64,000 nt of DNA. Origin: Octopus bimaculoides (taxonomy: Eukaryota). The notes under the pieces were generated by a model. That model ran no database searches and was not told where the DNA came from. It worked only from the letters and a program-made list of their open reading frames with translations. The translations under genes and the position numbers were made by a program. Each line of letters starts with the position of its first letter. The first letter of the stretch is position 1. Location: the NCBI RefSeq assembly GCF_001194135.2, contig NC_068994.1, positions 39,904,097-39,968,096 on the forward strand, given 5' to 3'. This document shows, piece after piece, positions 50,608 to 64,000 of the stretch.

Positions 50608-53475
50608 TCATAAGGTGTTCCTACCAAAAGTTACCTAGACAGCTGTGGGTAGAAAGAGTTACTTGACAGATGCAGCCATGGCTGTGTGGTTAAGAAGCTC
50701 ACTTTGCAACCATGTGGCTTCGTGTTCAGTTCCACTGTGCAGTACCTTGAGCAAATGTCTTCTACAGGTTGACCAGTGCCGTGTGAGTGAATTTGGTAGG
50801 CAGAAACTGTGTAGGAGTTCATCATGTGTGTGTATGCATGTATGCCTGTGCATGCCTGTTTTGTGTTTGTGTGTGCACATATGCATGCATATGTATCTTT
50901 GTGTCTGTGTTTCTCCCCTGCCACCACTTCACAATGTTGGTTTGTTCACGCTCGTATAACTTAGCAGTTGAACAAAAGAGAGCAATAGAATAAGCACCAG
51001 ACTTGAAATTTTTAAGTCTTGTTTGACTAACCCCTTCAAGTTGATGCTCTAGCATGGCCTCAGTTCATTAACTACAGCAAGTAAAAGATAACAGATAAAA
51101 GATTGAGATGAAATCAGCAGAAGGGTTTTACAAAATTTTCAGAGACCATATACAGCAAGTAGAAATGTTTTAGTTGATTCCACAATGAATTTCATCTAAT
51201 CAGAATGAAATGGACACTTTATAGGACATCTTCCTTTTGCGACCATGGAACAGTCCAGGTTATGAGTCACCTGCTCGTTTTGCCTCATATTGGATTCTCC
51301 TTATTGTTTGGATGCTTTGTGAAATAGCACAAAGCATACATACATTTCATGAAAAGAAGGTTTGATTTAGATGAGTAGTAGTAGTAGAGGTGGTGGTGGT
51401 GGTGGTAGTAGCAGCAGCAGCAGTAAAATCATTACTCACTCAATAATAATAATAATAATAACAACCCTTTCTTTCATAGGCACAAGGCCTGAAATTTAGG
51501 GGAAAAGGGTTAGTTGATCACATCAACCCCAGTGTATCATTGGTACTTAATTTTTCAACCCTGAAAGGATGAAAGGCAAAGTCAACCTCAGAGCAACAGG
51601 TGGAATACTGCTAAGCATTTATATGACGGGCTTCTTTCAGTTTCCATCTAACAAATCCACTCAGAAGGCTTTGGTCAGCCCGAGGCTATAGTAGAAGACA
51701 CTTGCCCAAGGTGCCATGCAGTGGGACTGAACCCAGAACCATGTGGTTGGTAAGCAAGCTACTTACCACACAGCTACTCTTGCGCCTATCTGCACCACTT
51801 CCAAAAAGTAAAAGCTCTGAAGCTAAAAGATGCATTGAAAAGACATTAAAGACATCTTGCTTCAACAAATCTTCATTATAATGAATGTTGTTATATATTC
51901 AAAGTGACAAATTTTTCAGAAGACAGAAAAAGGAAAAAAAGGATCTAAGAAATTCTTTTGGGATTTTTACTCTCGCGAATCTTTATTTCAGCATTTTCCA
52001 AGCTGATGGACTATTTAATTAATAACAGAGGAGTAGGTTCTATGTTGATTAACAGAATCATGTTGATTTGTGCTATAATTACTTGCAGCAGCAATGGAAA
52101 AAGAAAAGGGAAGTGAAAAATGCGTTGCTAAAGAAAAGTACTTAAAATTCATTGACAGTATTTTGTATATGTTTTTTTTTTTCCCCCACTTGTTATCTAA
52201 GACTTTAATTAATTGATATTTAGCTACTTTCAATTGAATTATTTATTTTTTTAAGAAAGAAAATTACAATTTTGAAATGTTTTTTTTTTTTCGTTAGTTA
52301 TCTTCTAAATTCAAATCACTATTTTCGTTATCATTACATATGATAAAAATGTTGTGATTCATTGGAACCTATAAATGGTATATTCATTTTTATACAGTCC
52401 ACATTTTGTTTTTTACATTCACTTTGGCCTTCACTGCTAAAAAATACTTTTAATTACCAGCATTCTATGTGTGGTTTTAAAATCATGTCAAAATTAATTT
52501 ATGTTGCAGTCCTCACAAAAATTTTAAAATTACTCTGACATTACAATAGTTCAATATTCGTTTCAAATTTTGGAGGAAGGGGATAAGTTGATAAGATCAA
52601 CCCCAGTGCTCAGCTGGTACTTATTTTATTGACCCCAAAAAGGATAAAATGTAAAGTCAACCTCAGAGGAATTTGAACTCAAAACATCACGATAGACAAA
52701 ATGCCACAAAGCATTTTGCCTGGCATGCTAATGACTCTACCAGCTCACCCCCACTACAACAGTTCAATATTGAGTACATTACACTTTTTTAGTACCATGG
52801 TAACATACATTAACAAAAGTGAACATAAATCTAAAAATCAACAATTTTGTTTCTGTGAAGAATAAAGTAAAGACTAACTTTTGTTTCCATTTCCTTTTAC
52901 CTGATCTTATTAACATTTAAAAAAAAAACTCTTGGATTTATCATCACAGTTTTGTCAATTCAGTATTTCACCATTTTACTCAATACTGGAATGTACTGTT
53001 TATATAGGTTAGTTTTAGCAATAACTCATCAAAGAATTGTCATTAGTTAAAACCTCGTTGCAATTTTCAACAAAGGAAATGATTCAAGAAAATATTTTGC
53101 TAATGTATTCATTCATTGATAACCAATATAACCTAACTACATGTCATTGTTATGTCTATAATATTTGAGTATCAGCATAAAAATGTATGAGAAAGCTAGA
53201 TTTGCTTAGAACAGCATGCCACTGAATCAACATCAGAAAACAATGAAATTTATTTCATAATGAACCCAAGTTGTTCAGTCTGATCTTTTGAGGAAACGCC
53301 ACATGAAACAAAATAACAAAGGCAAAGTAATTGACACTGAAACTATTTACATATGAAAGAGCTAAAACCTTTCAGATCTAATATTGAATAAAATGCCCAA
53401 TTTATAAAGAAAAAAAAAAAATAATAAATTAGTCTCTTCAAAATCCATGGCAAGCCAAGAGTTTTTAAATCCTTC

Positions 53476-53830
53476 TTGATGTTGTATGATGCCTTAAACA
53501 AAAGTTATTTCAACAATATACCTGCAGCCAATTCCTTAACTCTGCAATGCATAATCACATTACAATACAACTACTTTTTGTCAACAGGCCATGCTCTACT
53601 TTATATTATCCCAAAACAAGTCAAAAGAAGAAAGAGAGCCCATCACCTTCGAAATGATATCTGGACAAATTTCTTCAAGGGAAACAAGACAAGCCACCTT
53701 ATACATGGATATTTTTCAGTCAACTGGAGTTCCCTACTTGAATGGGCCATAACACCTGAAAACTTGACTTGAATATGATTTAACAAATTCCATCAGGTTA
53801 TAGATGGTCTAGACCGATTCTGGCTTAAAC
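53476..53830 (+). mobile_element. Possible very old CR1/L2-type LINE 3' end
   Basis: HHLRNDIWTNFF...NWSSL...LDRFW loosely resembles the CR1 terminal motif R.D.RK.FFS.RV...WN.LP...F...LD.F. Confidence 0.35.
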
Positions 53831-54014
53831 ATATCTAAGTTAATCTGTAAGCCAACATTTTAAGGGACAGGCATGTTTTAGACAGAAAAAGCAATAGCAA
53901 ATAGATACATGGTGAAGTTGACATGGTTGAAGTAAAGAATAATAAAAAGGGTAACTATAGATAAAAAGAATAACTATAGATAAAAAGGGTAACTATACAT
54001 TTGATCATAGGACT

Positions 54015-54497
54015 ACAGAATCATGGCTAACCTTACAAAGGCAATGACAGGAGACTGAGACCTTTGGAGATATGCTGTGATTGAGAAGACCTGGCAACTA
54101 AAGTGAGATCGCAACCACATATGTCCAGCCCAGTTAAGAGTACCCCTGATGCGTCGTGCGACATGATATGCTTGAGAAGACCTGTTGAGTCAAGTAAAAC
54201 CAATATCGTAGCTGTGGCCAGTACCCACTGACTGGCTCTCATGCTGGTGGCAGGTAAAAAGTACTATCTGAACATGATCGATGCCAGGCCCACCTGACTG
54301 GCTCCTGTGCTGGTGGCATGTAAAAACCACCCACTACACTCTTGGAGTGGTTGGCGTTAGGAAGGGCATCCAGCTGTAGAAACATTGCCAGATCAGATTG
54401 GAGCCTGATGCAGCCACTGGCTCTCCAGATCTCAGTCAAACCATCCAACCCATGCCAGCATGGAAATCAGACATCAAACAAGGTTGATGATGATGAT
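54015..54497 (+). mobile_element. RTE-type LINE 3' end with subrepeated 3'UTR and (GAT)n tail
   Basis: LTKAMTGD*DLWRYAVIEKT resembles the RTE ORF end, followed by ggttggcgttaggaagggcatccagctgtagaaac...catgccagcatggaa...(gat)n. Confidence 0.6.
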
Positions 54498-56286
54498 ACA
54501 CACACACACACACATACATATACACACATATATGGTATGTGAAAATATATTTATATATACATATATATATATAAACATGTATATACATATGTATGTGTGT
54601 GTATATATATGTTTTGTAATATGGTATATATGTTTACATGTGTATATATGTATGCATGCATGTATATATACCAAAGTGTGCTTATGTACAGCCAAGTATA
54701 GGAACAATCAAACATTAACTGAAAGAGCATTCAATACATCATTTAAAGAGATGTTTAGATAGATAGTGTACTGAATTTATTTTTCACAAGAAAAAGTTTC
54801 ACAGTGACTTTGAAGCTTCTCCAGTGACAGCATGATACAAGCTTAGATTATTACATGTGTGTGTGCACGAGTGCGTGCATGTGTGTGTGTGTGTTTGTGT
54901 GTGTGAAGTAAAGATATACAAATTAATGAGAAGAACAATCAAACACTGCAACAAGTATGACCACCTTGCAGTATTTGTTTCATCTATGTTTTGCAAGTAG
55001 TCAGCATCATCATTATCATCTTTGTTTCAATGTTTATTTATACATGTTTGTATGGGTCAGGTAGAGTTTTATTGAGGCAGATTTTCAAAGGCTGGATACC
55101 CTTCCTGTCAACCAATACCCTTAACTGTTTCCAAGCAAGGAAATATTTCCTATCACCAAACATATTGGAAATGAATGACATTGATTGTTATAGATATAAC
55201 ATAGTGCCTGGTCCAAGAACTGAAACTCACAACATAGTGACCATGAGCTGAATACTCTAACCACTAGGCAATGGCCCTTCACAGGATAGGATATAAGAAA
55301 GACGATATCAATGTTCTAACAAATATTACTAGTTTAAATTCTCCTCAAAAATCACTGTAAAACACAAGAGAAATGAAATGAAGTATCAAACTTTTACAAT
55401 ATAATCAAGTAGTTTGCATTTCTTTCTCTTTTTTTTTTTTTCATTTTTAAAACATTCTTTACTTTACTATGATCAAAAAGCAACAACACTGCTTTCTCTC
55501 TTTTCATTCACTTAGATGGAGGGCACAAGCGTGAAATGCGAGAGACTTTTTACTCCTCATGGTAACTGAACATATCATGAACTCTTCCACAAACTCTGCT
55601 ATTTCTGTAATGGACAGTTGCCTTATGCAATGACTGTGTTATTTACACTTGCTTTACAAGACACTTTCAGCATGGGAAGTCGAGGGAAGGATAATTTTAC
55701 ACCCAACAACTGAAGTATTGAATAATTGCCTTATGAAAAGTAAAAAAAAAAAAAAGATTAAAATTATTAGAACATTTAAATTATATGGCCTGTTGCAATA
55801 GAGACAAGTGTTTTATGGACACTTGCATTTTATAACATGTTCTAGTTACTGAGACATTTCCAATAAAAATATTGCAATATTGTTTGATTTTGACCTATTA
55901 ATTATCGCCATATTAATCGATAGACGAGAAACAATATTTAGGATTTAAATTGATATTGATATTGATCTTGCTAGATTTTAATTACTTAAAATTAATAACA
56001 AAATGAAAGACTTTAAAAACATTTGACTAATAACTAGTCTGAATGTATTTTGTATGCTGCCGCAGAATTATTACATGTGAATTATGGCTTTCACATACAC
56101 ACACACACATGCATACACACACACACACCACACAAACCCATACACACCACACACATGCCAACTCCAACACACCATACACAAACACACAAGTGCTTACACC
56201 TCATACAAATACATACACACATGTAGATATGTATATAATATGTACATATATATATATATATATGTAAATATATATATATATGTGTG

Positions 56287-56339
<53 letters not shown>

Positions 56340-57902
56340 GTATATATATATATGTATATATATATGTGTATATATATATGTGTATATATATATGTGTATA
56401 TATATATATGTGTATATATATATATGTGTATATATATATGTGTATATATATATGTGTATATATATATNNNNNNNNNNNNNNNNNNNNNNNNNNNNNNNNN
56501 NNNNNNNNNNNNNNNNNNNNNNNNNNNNNNNNNNNNNNNNNNNNNNNNNNNNNNNNNNNNNNNNNNNNNNNNNNNNNNNNNNNNNNNNNNNNNNNNNNNN
56601 NNNNNNNNNNNNNNNNNNNNNNNNNNNNNNNNNNNNNNNNNNNNNNNNNNNNNNNNNNNNNNNNNNNNNNNNNNNNNNNNNNNNNNNNNNNNNNNNNNNN
56701 NNNNNNNNNNNNNNNNNNNNNNNNNNNNNNNNNNNNNNNNNNNNNNNNNNNNNNNNNNNNNNNNNNNNNNNNNNNNNNNNNNNNNNNNNNNNNNNNNNNN
56801 NNNNNNNNNNNNNNNNNNNNNNNNNNNNNNNNNNNNNNNNNNATATATATATATATATATATATATATAAACATTCACACAGATTATATGCATATGCAAG
56901 ATATACACTCAGTCATCATCATCATCATCATTGTTGTCATCACCATCATCACTAACATCCTCATCGTTGTCGTTATCATCATAATCATTCTCTGCAGCAG
57001 CAGCATTCTTGCTTTACATCCACTTTCCATACTAGCATGGGTTAGATGGGATGTTGCTACTCTCCTTGTTGGGTTTGGATTCCACAGCCCTTCTCAACAC
57101 CAACCACTTTACAAAATATACTAGGCTCAAGCTCTTGTGGTGCAAACACTAGAGAAGCTGCATCTTTGGTAAGGCTAAGGTGTTCCCTACCTAAGCCCAC
57201 AAGGAATTGAAACCATGATCTCGTGGTTGTGTGTACAACAGCCTAAACATTAGATCATGCATCCTCGAATAAAACCCACATATCACAACAAAAATATTCT
57301 AAGTTGTTGTATTGCTGTCATGTTTTACAAATAATTCAAATTTTATGACTAACATGAAGACCCACACAAAAAAAAAAAAAATATGGATATTTATGTTTTC
57401 AAAGAACAAAATCATAATAGACACATATTGCATTCTTTCATATGTGATGCTTACAGGCTTCCATAGGTGCATGTTATTCAGAAAAGGCCCACAACTTAAA
57501 GCCCAGTCAAGCCACACAATGTGAAAGTGACATACATCAGTCTGCAGCTGATTACCTAAATTGCCCTCTTCTTCATCCTCTGTATTTGACAAGTGCTTAT
57601 TCTATTATCCCTATGAGGATGAAAAGCAAATTTGACTTTAGCAGGATTTGAACTGCAGATGTAAAACAGGATGTAACTAAATACTGCAAGGCATTTTTGT
57701 CAAGTGCTATAACAACCCTACCTCAACCTCATGAACATAAATATACAAAGGAATAAAGAAATAAAAGATAATTTGGTACAAGCTTGCATAGTTCTATGGT
57801 CAAGAAGTTCTAGATGATGGTGATGAGGATGATGATGAAGGCAGTGATGCAAAGGACAATGACAAAGATATCAATGACAATGTCAATGAAGGTGGTGGTG
57901 GA

Positions 57903-57962
<60 letters not shown>

Positions 57963-58484
57963 CAACAGCAGAAGCAGCCGCAGTAACAGCAGTGGTGGTG
58001 TTGGTGGTAGTAGTAGTAGTATTAGTAGTAGTAACTGGTATTGATTTTATCATTTCAGACTTCTGGTTTCAGTCCTACTGTACAACACCTGAGACAAGTG
58101 TCTTCTACTATAGCTCTGGGTTAGCCAAAACCTTGCGTGCTAATTTGGTAGATGGTAAATGCACAGAAGTCCCTGCTATATATATGTGTGTGTATGTAAA
58201 TGCACAGAAGTCCTGCTATATATGTGTGCATGTGTGAATGTCTGTGGGGTTTTTTTCTTTTGTTTGCTTTTGTCTCGTTGTCCTTGACAACTGATGTTAG
58301 CTCGTTTACATCCTGTGACCTAATAGTTCAGCAAACAATACCAATACAACAGTACATTAAGCACCAGACATGAAATAAATTTTGAGGCCAATTTGTGCAA
58401 CTAAACCCTCCAGTACAGTGCCCCAGCATAGCCAGAGACTCCATGATTAAAAAAACTTAAAAGTATGTATGCAATTGACAATCC

Positions 58485-58564
58485 GTAGGCATATGGCGTA
58501 GTGGTTAAGAGTGCGGGCTACTAACCCCAAGATTCCAAGTTCAATTCCAAGCAGTGACCTGAAC

Positions 58565-58599
<35 letters not shown>

Positions 58600-58779
58600 C
58601 ATCGAAGAATACCTTAGGAATGAGAACCCAGGTTCGAAATTTCCCCAAGACACCTGAAGAAGGCTGGAGGATATATCAGCCAAACTGTTGTGTTAACAAC
58701 AAACAGATGAGGATAAATATCCGTCAAATGTAAATAATGTAAATAATGTACATAATTCCTCATCTCATAAGTATAGAAC
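58485..58779 (+). mobile_element. tRNA-derived SINE with Penelope-like, hammerhead-like 3' part
   Basis: A box TGGCGTAGTGG and B box AGTTCAATTCC, internal (AAT)n, tail CTGAAGAAGGCTG...CAGCC.AAAC, 9-bp TSD TGACAATCC (58476-58484, 58780-58788). Confidence 0.75.
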
Positions 58780-60471
58780 TGACAATCCATTGTTTACGAT
58801 GACGAGGGTTCCAATTAATCTGATCAACGGAATAGCCTGCTCATGAAGTTAACAGGAAAGTGGCTGAGCAGTCCACAGATACATGTGCCTTTAATATAGT
58901 TCTCAAGGAGATTCAGTGTGACAGGGCTGGCCCTTTGAAATTCAGGTATCACCCATTTTTGCCAGCTGAATTGACTGGATCAACGGGAAATAAACTGTGT
59001 TCCTCAAGGACAGGACATGTTGCTGGGAATCGAACTCACAACCTCGCAATCATGAGCCAAATACACTAACCACTAAGCCACTCACCTTCACATGAATCTG
59101 ACAAGTGTATGTGAGTATATTTTCATAATATTGCTGAAAATTTCAGTGCACAATGAAGAGATAAGTACTAAAGAAAAAGAACAGCTGAAAATAAAAAAAG
59201 AAAAGAAAAAAAAACACTGATGGCTATTCGTTATTGACCAAAGATAAGTGAAATTAAGTGTAACAAATGTATAATAAAACATTCACAATGAAATTATATT
59301 TATTAAGCTTTATATAATTTCTAAATAAAATCTTTCAAATTAACCACATTCTTTTGAAGTAAAATCAGCAATGTCCATCAGTGCAGGTTCAAATACACTC
59401 AAAAAATATTTCCAAATAAAATTTTCTTCATAATTACAATAATTATCATTTATTTTATTTTATTTTTATTTTTAATTTTTTGTATTTAAATTATTTTATC
59501 AATTTTTATTTTTTATTTTTTTTATTTTTTTTTTTTTGCATTTGCTTTGTTTCTGATTTAAAATTAACTTAAAATATTACTACTACTACTGCTGCAGCTG
59601 TTGCTGCTGCTGCTGCTGATGATGATGATGATGAAGACAACAGGGAAAATAAATAATGATGACANNNNNNNNNNNNNNNNNNNNNNNNNNNNNNNNNNNN
59701 NNNNNNNNNNNNNNNNNNNNNNNNNNNNNNNNNNNNNNNNNNNNNNNNNNNNNNNNNNNNNNNNNNNNNNNNNNNNNNNNNNNNNNNNNNNNNNNNNNNN
59801 NNNNNNNNNNNNNNNNNNNNNNNNNNNNNNNNNNNNNNNNNNNNNNNNNNNNNNNNNNNNNNNNNNNNNNNNNNNNNNNNNNNNNNNNNNNNNNNNNNNN
59901 NNNNNNNNNNNNNNNNNNNNNNNNNNNNNNNNNNNNNNNNNNNNNNNNNNNNNNNNNNNNNNNNNNATATATATATATATATATATATATATACACGCAC
60001 ACACACACATACATACTTATATACATATGTATGCACACGCACATGCATATATATATATTTGTATAAAATACATTCCACAGAAGTGCCCCAAGATGTGGAC
60101 TACTTGAACTACAGCTCCAGCTCTAATTACTAATGGATACTGAAAAGGTGATAATGGAATACATTTCCCTGGATAATTGTTTCAAGAAAAAAAAGGTATT
60201 TGTAAGTGACAGTCTTACAAGGAATTCATATTAATCATGTGCAATAATTTGGGTTGACTTTTGGGATTTATGTATTTTCATTTTCTTTCTCTCCCACCTC
60301 TTCACAGATATTACATTTGCATGTCACATTTGATTATATATATATATATATATATATATACGTATATGTATGTGTGTGTGTGTTTGTATAAATGTGTATT
60401 TTATATATATATTATATATATATATATAAACATATATATATATATATATATGAATATATATATGTATTTAT

Positions 60472-60511
<40 letters not shown>

Positions 60512-62112
60512 TCGTTATCTTCATAATTTAACTTCCTCTTTCCATTCTCTGTGTGTATGTGTGTTTGTGTGTATGCATGTGTGTATGTGTGTGTTTGTGC
60601 TGTTTGGTTTGTGTTTTTCCCTCCATACTACCACTGCCACCACGATCACCACTTAACCACTGGCTTTGGTTTGTTTACATCGCTATAACTTAACAGTTTG
60701 CCAAAATAAAAAATAAAAATTTAATTCTGTAGAATAAGTTTCAGACTTAAAATTAGTCATGTGGTTGATTTGTTCAACTAAACCCTTCAAACTGGTGCCT
60801 CAGCATGACCACAGTCCAATGACTGAAACAATTGAATGAGAAGATGAAAGAAAAAATATAAAAGATATGTGGCACCATGGTCAAGTATCTTCTACTATAG
60901 CCTCGGGCCGACCAAAGCCCAGTGAGTAGATTTGGTGGATGAAACTGAAAGAAGCCCATCATATATATGTATTTATATATATGTATATATATATGTGTGT
61001 GTGAAGCAATATGGTGTGCTTAAGAAAACCTGTTGAGGCAAGTGAAATCATTGTCGTGGCCAGTGCCAGTGCTGCTTGACTGGCACCCATGTCACTTGCA
61101 TATAAAATGCAGCATCATTCAAGCATGGCTAATGCCAGTGCTAGTGGCACGTAAAAGGCACCATTCGCACATGGTTGATGCCAGTGCTGCCTGACCAGCT
61201 CCTGTGTCAGTGGCATGTAAAAAGCACCATGCAAGTGTGGTCGACGCAAGTGTGGCCCCTATGACGGTGGCATGTAAAATGCACCCCCTACACTGGTTGG
61301 TGTTAGGAAGGGCATCCAGCTGTAGAAACCTTGCCAGGACAGATTGCATCCTGGTGCAGCCTCCTGGTTTGCCAGTCCTCAGTCAAACCATCCAACCCAT
61401 GCCAGCGTGGAAAGTAGACATTGAACGATGACGATGATGATGATGTCATTATCCCATTTTCTATCACTATATGTCATTTTTTAATTACTGATATGACATA
61501 ACATGTCACATGTGTTTGTATATTGTTATTATTGTCCTTTTAGTAAACAAATAAAAAAGTAAATTGACACAATACAATGTCTGCAAGTTGATGAATACCA
61601 CCTATTCCCCTCCATTTTCTTATTGCTATATATATATATATATAAATATATGTACGTATGTATATATCTATGTATGTGTGTCACTGTGCCTGTGTTTTTT
61701 ACTTCCATCACCACTTGACAACCAGTATTGGTGTGTTTACATCCCCATAACCTAGTGGTTTGGCAAAAAGAGACCAATAGAGTAAGTACCAGGTTTTTAA
61801 AAGAAATTAGTCCTGGGGTCAATTGTTTGACTAAAAACCTTTTAAAGCGGTGCACCAGCATGGCCATAGTCAAATCACTGAAACAAGTAAAAGAATAAAA
61901 GAATAAAAAGGATACACACTAACTCAAATACACACATCTTAATGCAATTATTATTTATTTCCTTTCAAATTGGAGAAGTACATTTTAATGCAAAGTGCTC
62001 AATGGACAAAGCAGGATGTATATATTCTTTTATTCTTTTACTTGTTTCAGTCATTTGACTGTGTCCATGCCGGAGCATCACCTTCAGTTGAACAAATCAA
62101 TCCCAGGACTTA

Positions 62113-62693
62113 TTAGGGAAAGGGGAAAAACCAGCATCCCAGGCTAAAGAATATTTTCAACTATTTCAGGTGTTGTTATCTGTTTGGTGGGATATGAAAG
62201 GTTTAGTTCACTTTGAACTTTTAAATCCAATCCAAATGGTGCAGCTTGAGGAGCTTAAGTCAGTGCTAGAAGGAAGATGATAATCTTTGGTATCAAGATG
62301 GGAGGTGTTCTTCCATTAGGATAATGCTTGGCCATAAACAGCAAGGATGACATTCTAAAGGCTGGAGTAGTTTGAATGGGAAATAATGCTCCACCCATCA
62401 TATTCGCCGGACATTGCTCCATCTGATTATCATTTATTCCACATTCTTCAAAATCATTCGAATGGAAAAATTATGAATTTTGTAGATGAGGTTAGAACAG
62501 TAGTAGAGGAGTATTTTTCCTCATGACAAGTGAATTTTGGAAGAGGGCCCTTGCAAGTTAACCAGATAGACGGAAGAACATTGTAGAAAATGAAGAGAAG
62601 TGTATTTTAGATTAAGAAAGAAATATGTCTGTCTCTATTTTGAAAAATAAAAGAAGTATAACAAAACTGCCTTATTTATTCGATGACCCAATA
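62113..62693 (+). mobile_element. 5'-truncated, heavily degraded mariner remnant (different family from 11956)
   Basis: Translates with stops to VLLSVWWDMKGLVHFELL...FH*DNAWP*...WEIMLHPSYSPDIAPSDYHLF; right end ttattcgatgacccaata followed by TA. Confidence 0.85.
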
Positions 62694-63395
62694 TATGTAT
62701 AGACAGATAGAAAAACGATTAAATAGAAATATGGTGTGCTTATATTTATAAGTGGAAATTTTATAATCATAGATATTGGTTTTAAAATTTGGCACAAGGC
62801 TAGCAATTTCAGGGGAGGAGCAAATTGACTACATTGACCCCCCAGGAAGAACAGCAAAGTCAGCCTCAGTGAAATTTAAACTCAGAACATAAAGATGGAC
62901 AATATATCATTCAGCATTTTGCTCAGCATGTTGCCTTCTTTCTAAACATACATATTGCCATACTGTATTAATAGACTCCACTGAACAAAGATTCTTCTTC
63001 TGCAAAGAAGCTGTAGAACAACTCAACTGTTTCACTTATTTTTTACAAGCTAATCAGGCATGTTTATTGCATACTTTCTGCTGAGAAAGCAAAATCTTGC
63101 AACTACTTATAAAAACTGTGATAAGAAACAGCCACTATTTTTGCACATTTGCATATCTATACTTTGTCGGTGATGTATATTAATTAACTGGAGTACTGAG
63201 ACAGCATGTTTATAGATAAATTATACAAATGTACAAGAAATAACTAATTAACATATAATTACCCTCTGTAGCTAAACTATGCATTGAATAACTTTGATTA
63301 ATTCTTTCCAATTTTCTGATTTAGACTGTGTATGCATGTGTGTGTGTGTGTGTGTTTGTATATATGTGCATGCATGTGTATGGTTTCGAGCATAT

Positions 63396-63440
<45 letters not shown>

Positions 63441-63957
63441 CTATATATCACTGGTAATCTTCTACCAACATGAGCTAATATGACATGTTTATGAAGATGA
63501 AGCCATTTTAAAAAATGGCTTTACTTTTATAATAATGCATGTTGTGTTGCATCAACTGAAGATTATCATGGATATATATTGGAATATGTACCAGCAGCAT
63601 GAAACCATTGATACTAATGTCAAGAGATGATTAAATAAATAATTTGCATTCTACCAATTCTTGTTCTTCCTTCATTTCAACATGCCAGATCACACACACA
63701 CAGTTATTTAAATCTCTCTCTCAGTCTGTCTGTCTCTCTCTTTCTATATATATAAATATATATATATTATTTTCCTTGTTTCAGTCATTTAACTGCAGCC
63801 ATGCTGGAGCACTGCCTTAAAAGGTGTTATTCAAAGAAATTGACCCCAGTACTTATTCTATCGGTCTCTTTTGCCAAACCACTAATTATAGGGACATACA
63901 CACACCAGCATCAGTTTTCAAGTGATGGCAGGAGGGCAAACACAGGCACTCACACAA

Positions 63958-64000
<43 letters not shown>

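Noticed and set aside
58488-58560. tRNA gene
   Set aside because: A and B boxes are present, but there is no complete cloverleaf and it continues into a SINE body bounded by TSDs.
59086-59185. Strong minus-strand acceptor with GAAG|GTGAGT donor
   Set aside because: From the strong acceptor all three frames hit stops. The donor is the start of a SINE head, and the open 48-nt sub-exon (QYYENILTYTCQIHVK) has a weak acceptor and no other support.
63500-63521. 10-bp perfect hairpin AAGCCATTTT-aa-AAAATGGCTT
   Set aside because: Short and AT-rich; expected by chance in 64 kb.

Overview
AT-rich eukaryotic genomic DNA, dense in microsatellites and SINEs, with eight N-gaps, most flanked by (TA)n. The gene content and repeat families suggest a cephalopod, probably an octopus (inference). 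The window appears to be part of a head-to-tail protocadherin cluster on the minus strand. It contains one intact large exon (19282-21687: signal peptide, 6 cadherin repeats, TM, proximal tail, ending at a CCT|GTAAGT donor). It also contains a spliced terminal exon (46235-46506, ending WELPTRNSFNFSKPLPALP) that most likely belongs to the next protocadherin upstream, whose large exon would lie beyond 64000. Several small candidate exons are proposed at low confidence. The most unexpected element is a frameshifted parvovirus-type NS1 SF3-helicase fragment (about 25742-26140, +), a probable endogenous viral element. The rest is mostly mobile DNA: a full-length dead mariner with TIRs and TA TSDs, a second mariner remnant, hAT MITEs, a palindromic MITE carrying telomeric repeats, Helentron-type HINEs, R4/Dong and RTE LINE 3' ends, several tRNA-derived SINE families, and Penelope-like pieces with hammerhead-ribozyme-like motifs. 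Most ORFs in the supplied track are microsatellite artefacts. No database searches were run; family assignments rest on motif recall.
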